In this document: positions 11,315-21,570 of the stretch, piece after piece
Position numbering within the stretch: the stretch's first letter is position 1
Layout: every line of letters begins with the position of its first letter
Source: Planktothrix sp. GU0601_MAG3
Lineage (GTDB): Bacteria > Cyanobacteriota > Cyanobacteriia > Cyanobacteriales > Microcoleaceae
NCBI GenBank assembly: GCA_035193785.1
Contig: CP136572.1
Location: forward strand, 3,252,578-3,316,577
Reading direction: 5' to 3'
Length of the DNA stretch: 64,000 nucleotides
Program-made: the position numbers and the translations under genes
Notes under the pieces: generated by a model
The model's input: the letters and a program-made list of their open reading frames with translations, nothing else
The model's database searches: none
What the model was told of the DNA's origin: nothing

Positions 11315-12053
11315 TTAGAAGGTTTTATCATAATATTTAATTCCGTCCCAAATTCCAGTAACTCCCGGAAACTGACTATAATAGACATTTTTTAAGAATT
11401 TAATTTTTTCAAATAATTTTAATTCGGAGTTACCGACGGCGATACTTTTAAGTCCGGTTTTAAATAAAGATAAATCATTTAGGGAATCCCCGGATGTAAT
11501 TACTTGATGGGGAGATATTGTTAAGAAATCCATTAATTTGAGCAAGGTTGAACCTTTAGCAACGCCGGGAGGTAAAATATCTAAATATTTATCGGCAGAG
11601 GTAATACAATCAAATCCGGCATCTTGAATTTTTTTTACAATTCGGTCTTGATTTTGATCGGGTTTATAATAATAGGAAACTCGATACTCAGGGGCTATGG
11701 GTTGGAGAGTTAATCCCGGTTCATTGGCTAAGATTTTTAAGGCAAATTCGCTGGAATTTCCCCAAATATCAGCAATCCAATTTTGTACTTGGGCCACGGG
11801 TTTTAAGGTTTTTCCCTCATAAACGGTTGTTTCCTACATCCCCAATAATATAATCCGGTCGGGGAATGATTGTTTTTTTTTCTTCATATAAACGCAGGGT
11901 AAATTCTAAACTACGACCTGTGACAAAAATCAATAATAGGCGATCGCGTTTTGACTGTAAATAGTTATAAAATTCCTGTTGTTCCTGTGGAGAACCGCCT
12001 AAAAATGTCCCATCTAAATCCGTTGCTAAAACCAAAGTATTATTGGTGATCAT
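11315..12053 (-). CDS. HAD-IIB phosphatase (sucrose-phosphate/glucosylglycerol-phosphate phosphatase-like); apparent frameshift at 11829-11833
   Basis: ATDLDGT, VTGR, KG and GDSLND motifs. Confidence 0.85.
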
Positions 12054-12146
12054 GGTTGGGTTTTGAGTTATTATTTATTCTACCTATTGATCATATAGTA
12101 GTAAGCCCTTTAGGGCTATCTAAGTCCTTTTGTCCTTAAATTGATT

Positions 12147-12764
12147 ATGGATATCAGTGTTTTAGCTAAAGGTTTAATCATTGGTTTTTCCATTGCTGCC
12201 CCCGTTGGGCCGATTGGGATTTTGTGTATTCGTCGTTGTTTGTCTCAAGGGTATTGGGCCGGATTTTTTACCGGGTTAGGAGCCGCCACTGCTGACGCTT
12301 TATATGGCTTTATTGCTGGATTTGGATTGACCATCATTTCTAATTATTTGGTGAGTCAACAAATGGGATTAAAACTAATGGGCGGATTGTTTTTATGTTA
12401 TTTGGGATTTAAAATAGCCTTAGAAAAACCCACACAAGAAGTGGCAAACCCATCAAGAAAAATGATAAATGCCTATGCTTCAACCTTTTTTCTGACGATT
12501 AGTAATCCCATCACTATTTTATCATTTATTGCTATTTTTGCTGGGTTGGGTTTAGGCATAAAAAACAATTATTGGGATGCGGGAATACTGGTTTTAGGAG
12601 TATTTTTAGGATCGGGATTATGGTGGTTCATCTTAGTTAGTGGAGTCAGTTTATTTCAGGATAGAATTAACACCCATATCTTACAATGGATTAACCGGAT
12701 TTCAGGACTTATAATTATTGGGTTTGGTTTAGCTGCATTATTCAGCCTGATCAGAGAGGGTTAG
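12147..12764 (+). CDS. LysE family translocator
   Basis: AAPVGP, GLGAATAD and TISNP motifs; multiple TM helices. Confidence 0.88.
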   Translation: MDISVLAKGLIIGFSIAAPVGPIGILCIRRCLSQGYWAGFFTGLGAATADALYGFIAGFGLTIISNYLVSQQMGLKLMGGLFLCYLGFKIALEKPTQEVANPSRKMINAYASTFFLTISNPITILSFIAIFAGLGLGIKNNYWDAGILVLGVFLGSGLWWFILVSGVSLFQDRINTHILQWINRISGLIIIGFGLAALFSLIREG

Positions 12765-12786
12765 ATCATATAGGCACAATAAAAAA

Positions 12787-13141
12787 CTATTCAACTTTTA
12801 ACTCTAAACTAGGTAAAAATTTCTTTAAATTCTGTAAAGATTTATCCTGCCAAGCTACTTCTTTAGACCCTAAAATAATTAATTGAATATTGGGTTTTTT
12901 GCGTAATCCCATGACAAACTTTGACAATAAACTAATCCCCGAACTATTGAGAAATGATAGACTTCTCAAATTCAGCGTCATAATTGTGGGTTTCTGTTGC
13001 GGTTACTTCTTCGAGTAAGTCTTTAATCGATTTATATTCAACTGGCCCCCCCAAACTGAGTTCTCCTTCAAAACAAATGGTTACGGATTCAGGATCGTAT
13101 TGAACGGTATGATCTTCACCTTTAATTTCCTGGATTACCAT
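12787..13141 (-). CDS. STAS-like protein (Slr1659/SiaC-like); apparent frameshift at 12990-12994
   Basis: LNLRSLSFLNSSGISLL phospho-acceptor-type motif and WQDKSLQNL. Confidence 0.75.
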
Positions 13142-13179
13142 TTTTTCTACCTCTATCTGATTCTGTAAATACATTCATT

Positions 13180-13773
13180 CTACACGGTTACTTGAGCCAT
13201 TGTCGTCACTAAAACCAGGGTCACTTGATTGGAGATCGATTCAAATTTCCAACCCAGTTGCGCCTGATAATCATTAATCATCGTCAGTAAGCCTAAACCG
13301 GAAGCATTATCGCTGTCATCTTCCACGCTCCGTTCGACTTGATGAAAATACAATTCATTGGGATCTTGATGCAGTAATTGTTCTATGAAATCCTGAAACT
13401 TTTTTGCCCCTTCTAAACTAATTGAATTAGTGGCAAAAATAGCGGCGGTTACCGTCTGTTCATTTTCAATAAAGTGAATCCCAAATCTGATTTTAGATTT
13501 CACACTTTCATCATTAAATTTCATGGCATTTTCTAATAACTCATTGGCGACATAACTCACCGCCCCTTTTCCCTGTTGAATCCGTTTTTCCCGGGTAGGG
13601 TTATCGGCATCTAATGGTAAAAAAGATGAGAAATAGTCAGCGACAAAATGGGCCGATAATCGATTATTGCGCCAGCGCTGTTTAATCGGTCGGGATGTGG
13701 GAGTAAAGGTCAACTCTAAAGAATCATGATCGGGAGGAAATTGTTGCAAAAATTCTCCAAAAATTTGGATCAT
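13180..13773 (-). CDS. GHKL-fold putative Ser/Thr kinase (Slr1658/DUF6272/SiaB-like)
   Basis: NELLENAMKF N-box, SGLGLLTM G-box, RWRNNRLSA motif. Confidence 0.75.
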   Translation of the reverse strand: MIQIFGEFLQQFPPDHDSLELTFTPTSRPIKQRWRNNRLSAHFVADYFSSFLPLDADNPTREKRIQQGKGAVSYVANELLENAMKFNDESVKSKIRFGIHFIENEQTVTAAIFATNSISLEGAKKFQDFIEQLLHQDPNELYFHQVERSVEDDSDNASGLGLLTMINDYQAQLGWKFESISNQVTLVLVTTMAQVTV

Positions 13774-13883
13774 AAAGATTTAACTTTTACTAGAACAAAT
13801 CAAATGATAAAACAACTACATTTATAGTTTAGCATAATTTGACTTGATATAAAACAAAATTTATCTTGTCTTAATTCTCCCGT

Positions 13884-16001
13884 TTATCGTTGCTTTAAAA
13901 TCAATAGGGTAATATCATCAAGCTGTTTTTGTTCTCCCATAAACATCCTAACATCATAAATCACATTCTGCTTAATTTGCTCCGCCGAATACTCCCAGTT
14001 TTTACCGACAACCGCACAAAGTCTTTCCAAACCATATTGAGCTTTTTCTATATTTCTAGCTTCCGTAATTCCATCGGTATAAAGAACGATAATATCCCCG
14101 ACCTTTAACTCAATCATAACTTGACCAATAAATTCAGAAATATCCTCATCTAAACCAATGGGTAGACCTAAATCCATGGTATTAATTCGTTCAACCTTTC
14201 CCCCATGACGCACCACCAATATTTCCTCATGCTGACCACTAATACTCAGATGACCATTTTTATAATTTAAAATAGCTAAAGTCAAATTTTTATCGGAATT
14301 CATGCGTTGAACATTGCGATAAATCGCCCGGTTTAAAATATTTAAAAACTTCACTGGGTCATGTTCTTGAATTTCCTTGAGCACTCGAACTGCCGCCTGG
14401 GTCATCACCATTAAAATTCCACTTTCTAATCCATGACCCGTCACATCTCCAATGCCAATAGTAACTACATCATTCATATATAAAACATCATAATAATCTC
14501 CTCCCACTTCATAGGCAGGTTCCATATAAACCGCAATTTCTAATCCTTCAATTAAAGCTAATTCTTCAGTTTTAGGTAGAATTAACTGCTGCATTCTTTT
14601 GAGTAAGTCTAGTTCACTACTCATGCGATAGTTGTCAGCTTTTAACAGTTGATTCAAGACTACAATTTGAGCATGGGCAGAGGCTAATTCCGCCGTTCTT
14701 TCGATGACTTTTTGTTCTAAATTTTCAAAGGAATCTTGCAGTTGATCCGCCATTTTATTAAAAGAATGAGCTAGTTCTCTCAGTTTCCATAATCTGTCTG
14801 ACTTTAACCGCTTGATTCAAGTCCCCCGTGGCAATTTTTTGAGATGCTCGATTTAATCTCAAAATCGGTTCCGTAATCCAATGGGCAATTATAATTCCCA
14901 TTCCCGTTGCGATCGCTAATGCTACTAAACATAATACAATAGTTCTGCGGGTATTCCTATCAATTTCTTTCATAAAATCTGACTCAGGAATGGCAACCAC
15001 AATCAACCAATTTAAGCCAAATTGATCTTGCCAAGGATGCACCCGGACAAAAATATTTTCCCCATCTAATTTAAAATTGATACTCTGTTTTGTTTGAATT
15101 TTACTCAAATCGCTAAATCGCTTTAGGAGATATTGACTCGATGATTTAATTAAGGGATCACGGCTTTGAAAAGCACTCAACCGTTGAGATTCTCCGTTGA
15201 CTTCTAAATAGGGTTTTTCCTCACTGGAACTGGCAACAATTAAACCATTGGGTTCCACAATAAAAATTTTACTCGAAGGGGTCACTTTTAACTGTTTTAA
15301 AAAGTTACTAATTTGAGTCAAAATCAGATCAATTCCGATCACTCCCACTAATTTATTTTGTTGATCATAAATAGGATAACTAGAGGCAATAGAAATAACT
15401 TCTGGGCGATCGCCCCACTGATAAATTTTACTCCAAATCGGTTTTCCCGCCGCAACAGCATCACTATACCATTTATCTTCTTTGTAAAAATATTTTTCCC
15501 GGGTAATGAGGGTTGTTGGATCACCTTGATCATTTAATAAATAACGGTTATAATAAAATTTATCCGTTGGTTTCATTAATTCTAAATAGAGGGTTCCATC
15601 ATCTTCTCGACCGACTCCTAGAAACAGATTATCCACAGTATACCTAAGTTAAAATAGCCCAGGGAAGGATAGACTTTCATCTGCTTCCACAAATGGCGTC
15701 GAATACTGTCTAAATCCTGGAAATTTAACAATCCCAATTTGAGCAGATTAAGATTAACTTCATTTACCTGAATCGGCAATGCTAAATAATGATCTAGCTG
15801 TTGACTAATACGAGCACTAACCTCATTTTGGAGTTGATTTGCTAAATCATTAACTGCCCGTTGTCCATTTTGAAATGATAACCAACCGACCAATCCAACG
15901 GCGATAAAAATTTGGAAAACAAAGGGAAAAATCAGCAGATTTCTCAGGGAAACTTTTTTTAACAATGGTTTAACCCAAGGGTAGAGAAATTGATTTGACA
16001 T
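13884..16001 (-). CDS. Membrane sensor phosphatase TM-Cache-TM-HAMP-SpoIIE (PP2C); breaks near 15640 and at 14783-14787
   Basis: EVGGDYYD, GDVTGHG, LYTDGITEA and DDITL motifs; Cache WY...PIWS; HAMP domain. Confidence 0.85.
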
Positions 16002-16098
16002 AGGCTTTATTTCCAAAGGGGAATAAATCATCTATTGTTGTGCTAAAGCACCATCTTTAGGAGTGCATAGCAAGCACAACAACGGCGCAATAACAGGG

Positions 16099-18235
16099 TT
16101 ATTTCTTTTTGATGACTAATAAAGTAATATCATCCAATTGTTTTTGTTCACCCATAAATAATTTTACATCCTCAATCACAGCATTTTTAATTTTTTCTGC
16201 TTCCCGATGCCAATTTTGACTAATAATGCTACACAGTTTTTCTAGTCCATAGAATTTTTTCTGCATATTTTTAGCTTCGGTAATGCCGTCGGTATATAAA
16301 ACTACTCCATCCCCAGAATTTAAGGTAATTAAAGTATGACTAATAAACTCAGAAATATCTTCATCTAATCCGATAGGTAGCCCTAAATCCATTGTACTAA
16401 TTCGTTCAATATTTCCTCCTTGACGTACAATTAGGACTTCCTCATGTTGTCCACTAATACTCAATATATTTTCAGAATAATTTAAAATTGCTAAGGTTAA
16501 ATTTTTATCAGAATTCATTCGTTGAATATTATAATAAATCATGCGATTTAAAGTATTCAAGAATCTGACGGGATTCTGTTCTTGTACTTCCTTTAATGTC
16601 CGAACTGCGGCTTGAATCATCACCATTAAAATTCCGCTTTCTAGTCCGTGACCCGTGACATCTCCAATCCCAATTGTCACAACTCCATGAGTAGTTAAAA
16701 TATCATAATAATCGCCCCCAACTTCATCAGCAGGTTCCATATATCCGACAATATCTAAATCTTGAATTTCCGCTAATTCCTGGGGTCTGGGAAGAATTAA
16801 TTGCTGCATTTCCCGGAGGATATCAAGTTCTGCACCCATGCGTAAATTTTCGCTTTCGAGTCGAGTATTTAAGCTACTAATTTCTTGATTAGCTTCCGCC
16901 AGTTGTCCGGTACGTTGTTTGACTTTTTCTTCTAAGGTATCAAAAGACTCTTTCAATTGTCCCGCCATCCAATTAAAAGAATTTGCTAAGGTTTCTAATT
17001 CTTTAATTCCTCCGATTTTAACTTTTTGATTTAATTCTCCTTCTGCTAGTTTATGGGAGACTTGATTGAGTTTTAAAATCGGTTTTGTAATCCAACGGGC
17101 GGTTAAAATTCCGATTCCCGTAGCCCATCCCAAGGCAATTAAACACAACCCAATAGTAATTTGAGTATTGCGTTTAATTTCCGTCATAAAATCCGATTCT
17201 GGAACCACAACCACAACTAACCAATTAATTCCCCGTCCGTCTTTAATCGGTAAAATTTGAGCATAATACCAGCCACTATTTTGTTGAAATTTAACCTGTT
17301 CACTATTTTGAATAGCCATAAAACTACCAAACTTTTTCAGCAAGGCATTAGCCGTATTCCGAATAGTAATATCTTCACTTTGATTAGCGGGAAAACGTTC
17401 AATTTTCGCTTCCTCTCCCTTTCCCTGAATTTTAAAGGGTTTTTTAATCTTAGAAACTAACAACCAAATCGCCAGAACGTTCAATAATAAAACTTTGTCC
17501 ATTAGGACTAATATAAAGATTTTTTAAAAAATTTGTAATTCTTAATAAAGTAATATTAATACACAGAACTCCTTGGAGATTTCTATTCTGATCAAATACT
17601 GGCCAAACCGCCGACATTCCCAATCCCGTATCCGTATTTTGACGAGAAAAGAAGGGATAAATAGAACTCCAGGTTGGTTTTTGAGCCTGTTTTGCCGTTT
17701 GATACCAAGGACGTTTACGGGGATCATATTCGGCTTGTTTTAATAATTCCGCCCGGTTTCCCAATTGATCTAAACGATAAACTTCACGGATCGGTTCAGT
17801 TTCCCAGGTACGAATTTTTAGTTGAACTTGATTATTTTCTAAATGTTCAACCCCAATAAATTCCCCCTGTTCGTTTCCGTAGGAAAGATAACTTTCTAAA
17901 TCTCCCTCGGCCACCACATTCCAAAAATACTGTTTTAACCCTTCAAAATTATTCAGATCTAATGTTCCGGCTGCGACGCTATCTTGTGTAATTCGGAGAA
18001 CCTGAAAGGATTTATTAAAATATTCTAAAACATGATTTTCAATCCGAATACTCAGACTTTGAATTAACTGTTGGGCTAAATTTTCCACGGCCTGTTGACC
18101 ATTCCTAAAGGAAAAATAACCAACTAATCCTACGGCGACTGTAATTTGTAAAACAAACGGAAAAACCAAAGCCGTTTTTAATCGGATTTTGCCGAAAGGT
18201 CGAAACCAAGAAAAGATTTTGCCAGGGTAATTCAT
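16099..18235 (-). CDS. Second TM-Cache-TM-HAMP-SpoIIE sensor phosphatase; apparent frameshift at 17453-17457
   Basis: YDPRKRPWY Cache motif, HAMP, EVGGDYYD, GDVTGHG and DDITL; paralog of the downstream gene. Confidence 0.87.
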
Positions 18236-18349
18236 ATACTTATCAGGTGCTGGGTGTCGGGTGTCTGGTATAACGTCGCGAAACCAACAAATTCCCAGGG
18301 GAAAACCGGAGTATACTAGAATCGTGAAACGTTTTTGAATGATTTCTGT

Positions 18350-18788
18350 GTGGAACTCTCTTCTAAAAGTCAGTATGCCCTGCTCGCCCTGATGGAGTTG
18401 GCAACTCACTATGATAACCCTGAACCTAGACAAGTGCGGCAAATTTCAGCCCAGCATAACATTCCTGATCGCTATCTGGAACAATTGCTGGCAACTTTGC
18501 GGCGCAGTGGTATTGTTCGCAGTCAACGAGGCTCTAAAGGTGGATATTATCTAGGGAAGGAAACCCGGGAAAATTACTCTGTTTGACGTGGTGAACTGCC
18601 TAGAGGGAGCAGATCCCGAAGCGTCTCCTCAGAATTCCTGCCCTAATACCGTTGAAGGTACGGTGATCTGGGAATTTTGGCAGGAAGCAGAGCAAATGGC
18701 GAATTCCGTATTACAAAAATACAGCTTGAAAGACCTATGTGAACAAAGAGATGCCCGACAGCAGAAGGATATCATGTATTACATCTAA
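18350..18788 (+). CDS. Rrf2 family transcriptional regulator (CymR-like); apparent frameshift at 18560-18564
   Basis: YALLALMEL, YLEQLL and VRSQRGSKGGY motifs; directly upstream of cysK. Confidence 0.88.
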
Positions 18789-18849
18789 AAAGTTTAGGGA
18801 TGAGTTCCTCAAATAATTTGTATCAATGTTGTTTATCTTCTCGTCAATT

Positions 18850-19785
18850 ATGCGTATCGCCCATAACATCACGGAATTGGTCGGTCACACCCCCCTAGTC
18901 CAACTCAACCGGATTCCCAAGGCAGAAGGGTGTGTGGCTCAAATTGTGGTCAAATTAGAAGGCATGAACCCCGCCGCTTCGGTAAAGGATCGGATTGGGG
19001 TGAATATGATTAATGTCGCCGAAAAGGAAGGACTGATCACCCCGGGGAAGACCGTATTAGTCGAACCCACATCGGGGAATACGGGAATTGCTTTGGCGAT
19101 GGTGGCCGCCGCTAGGGGCTATCGTTTAATTTTAACCATGCCCGAAACCATGAGTTCAGAACGGCGGGCGATGTTAAAGGCCTATGGAGCCCAATTGGAA
19201 CTTACCCCGGGAATTGAGGGGATGAGTGGCTGTATTCGCCGGGCGCAGGAAATTGTGGATACCGTCCCCGATGCCTATATGTTGCAACAATTTCAGAATC
19301 CAGCTAACCCCCAAATTCACCGCAAAACCACGGCTGAGGAAATTTGGGCCGATACCGATGGATCTGTAGATATTTTAATCTCTGGAGTGGGAACCGGGGG
19401 AACTTTAACCGGGGTGGCGGAAGTCCTGAAACAGCGCAAACCGGATTTTCAGGCGATCGCCGTCGAACCCGCCAATAGTCCAATTTTATCCGGGGGTAAA
19501 CCTGGCCCCCATAAAATTCAGGGGATTGGGGCGGGGTTCGTGCCTCCGGTTTTGAATGTGGATGTGATTGATGAGGTAATTCAAGTTACGGATGAAAACG
19601 CCATGATTTTTGGCCGTCGGATTGCCCGGGAAGAAGGGATTTTATCAGGAATTTCCACCGGGGCGGCGTTATATGCGGCGATTCAAGTGGGCAAACGTCC
19701 TGAAAATAAAGGCAAACTGATTGTGATGATTCAACCGAGTTTTGGTGAACGTTATTTGAGTACACCGTTATTTCAAGAGGGTTGA
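18850..19785 (+). CDS. cysK: Cysteine synthase A
   Basis: [30 protein letters not shown] and GERYLST motifs. Confidence 0.96.
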   Translation: MRIAHNITELVGHTPLVQLNRIPKAEGCVAQIVVKLEGMNPAASVKDRIGVNMINVAEKEGLITPGKTVLVEPTSGNTGIALAMVAAARGYRLILTMPETMSSERRAMLKAYGAQLELTPGIEGMSGCIRRAQEIVDTVPDAYMLQQFQNPANPQIHRKTTAEEIWADTDGSVDILISGVGTGGTLTGVAEVLKQRKPDFQAIAVEPANSPILSGGKPGPHKIQGIGAGFVPPVLNVDVIDEVIQVTDENAMIFGRRIAREEGILSGISTGAALYAAIQVGKRPENKGKLIVMIQPSFGERYLSTPLFQEG

Positions 19786-19899
19786 CGGTTGATTGTTGAG
19801 AAATATGAACGAAAATCGTTAGAATTGATCTAGTGACAGAATCACGTCCCGAACTTTAGGGCTGATTCTGTTCCCGATCAACCCGCACCTGCACCTGTT

Positions 19900-21567
19900 A
19901 TGTTAACTGGCCCAAAAGAGGAAATTGCTCAACGCAATGGGGAGATAAAACATCCCGTTCAGTTCTCGGAAGTTCCCCAAAGGCGATGGAAACCTTGGAT
20001 GGTGGCAATTTTGGCTACGGGACTATTGGCTATTCTGGCAACGGTTTATGTGGCCCGGAGTCGGACTCAAATTGACCCCGATGCGATCACTGCTCTGACG
20101 GTTCCGGTGGAAGCCAAGGATTTAACTGTGAAAATCACCGCCAGTGGTGTGATTCAACCTGTGCGCCGGGTTAACCTCAGCCCCAAAACCCAAGGGCGGT
20201 TAGCACAATTGTATGTGGAACAGGGGGATATTGTCCAAGCTGGTGATATTGTGGCGCGGATGGAAAGTGGGGAAATTGAGGCCCAACTATTCCAAGCCCA
20301 AGCCCGTTTGGATCGGGTGAAAGCTAATTTAGACAAGCTGCAAACCGGAACCCGACCGGAGGAAATCGATCAAGCTCAAGCTCGTTTAAATCAGACAAAG
20401 GCTAATTTATCCCAACTGCGATCGGGGAGTCGTCCCGAAGAAATAGCCCAAAGTGAAGCTCGATTAAGAGAGGCGGAATCTCGCTTGAGAGATGCCCAGT
20501 CAGGAAGTTTGAATGATGAAATTGATCAAGCAAAAGCTCGAATTGATGCCAACAAAGCCGAATTAAAACTGGCGACGGAACGGGTACAACGCTATCAAGA
20601 TTTAAAGGGAGAAGGGGCAATTTCCCAGGATCGATTAGATGAATATTTCCGCGATCAACGACGATTAGAAGCCTTACAAAATGAAGCGGGAAAACGCTTA
20701 GAACAATTACAACAAAGTCAGCGATCGCAAATTCAACAACGGCAAGCCAATGTGGAACAGGAACGTCAAGCCTTAAATCAACTAAAAAATGGCACTCGTT
20801 CCGAAGAAATTGCCCGTTCAGAAGCTGAAGTTGCCGAAGCCGAAAGTAAATTAAATCAGTTAAAAAATGGCACTCGTTCAGAAGAAATTACCGCGGCTAA
20901 AGCGGAAGTTGATGAAGCCCAAGGACAGGTGAAATTTTATCAAGTGCAACTGGAAGATACCAAAGTTCGCGCTCCGTTTTCGGGAATTATTACCCAACGT
21001 TATGCCGTGGAAGGCGCCTTTGTTACCCCGGCAACTTCTGCTTCTGAAGCCAGTTCTGCCACTTCCACTTCCATTGTAGCCTTAGCCAAAGATTTAGAAG
21101 TTTTAGCGAAAATTCCCGAGGCGGATATTTCTCAAATTAAACCGAATCAACCCGTTGAAATTATTGCCGACTCCTATCCCGATCAGGTGTTTAAAGGTCG
21201 AGTTAATATTATTGCACCCGAAGCGGTAAAAGAACGGGATGTCACCTTATTTCAAGCTCGAATTATTATCGAAACCGGAAAGGATAAACTTCAGTCGGGA
21301 ATGAATGTGGATTTACGTTTTATTGGGGAAAAACTCAAACAGGCGTTAGTGGTTCCCACCGTGGCTATTGTTACTAATAAAGGTCAATCGGGGGTTTTAC
21401 TTCCTGATGCTAATAATAAACCCCAATTCCACCCCGTTACCGTGGGTTCTCAAATCGGGAATCAAATTCAGGTTTTAAAAGGTTTACAAACCGGAGATCG
21501 GGTGTTTATTGAGTTACCCAAGGGACAAAAATTAGATGCTATTTTTAAGGAGAAAATAGATGAATAA
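19900..21567 (+). CDS. Efflux periplasmic adaptor (HlyD/DevB-like) with extended coiled coil
   Basis: N-terminal TM, lipoyl-like halves (VEQGDIV; VRAPFSGII) and repeated GxRxEEI units. Confidence 0.85.
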   Translation: MLTGPKEEIAQRNGEIKHPVQFSEVPQRRWKPWMVAILATGLLAILATVYVARSRTQIDPDAITALTVPVEAKDLTVKITASGVIQPVRRVNLSPKTQGRLAQLYVEQGDIVQAGDIVARMESGEIEAQLFQAQARLDRVKANLDKLQTGTRPEEIDQAQARLNQTKANLSQLRSGSRPEEIAQSEARLREAESRLRDAQSGSLNDEIDQAKARIDANKAELKLATERVQRYQDLKGEGAISQDRLDEYFRDQRRLEALQNEAGKRLEQLQQSQRSQIQQRQANVEQERQALNQLKNGTRSEEIARSEAEVAEAESKLNQLKNGTRSEEITAAKAEVDEAQGQVKFYQVQLEDTKVRAPFSGIITQRYAVEGAFVTPATSASEASSATSTSIVALAKDLEVLAKIPEADISQIKPNQPVEIIADSYPDQVFKGRVNIIAPEAVKERDVTLFQARIIIETGKDKLQSGMNVDLRFIGEKLKQALVVPTVAIVTNKGQSGVLLPDANNKPQFHPVTVGSQIGNQIQVLKGLQTGDRVFIELPKGQKLDAIFKEKIDE

Positions 21568-21570
21568 TCC

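Noticed and set aside
17450..18442. Long N-terminal extension overlapping rrf2
   Set aside because: ATG 18235 matches the paralog's N-terminus and avoids the overlap.
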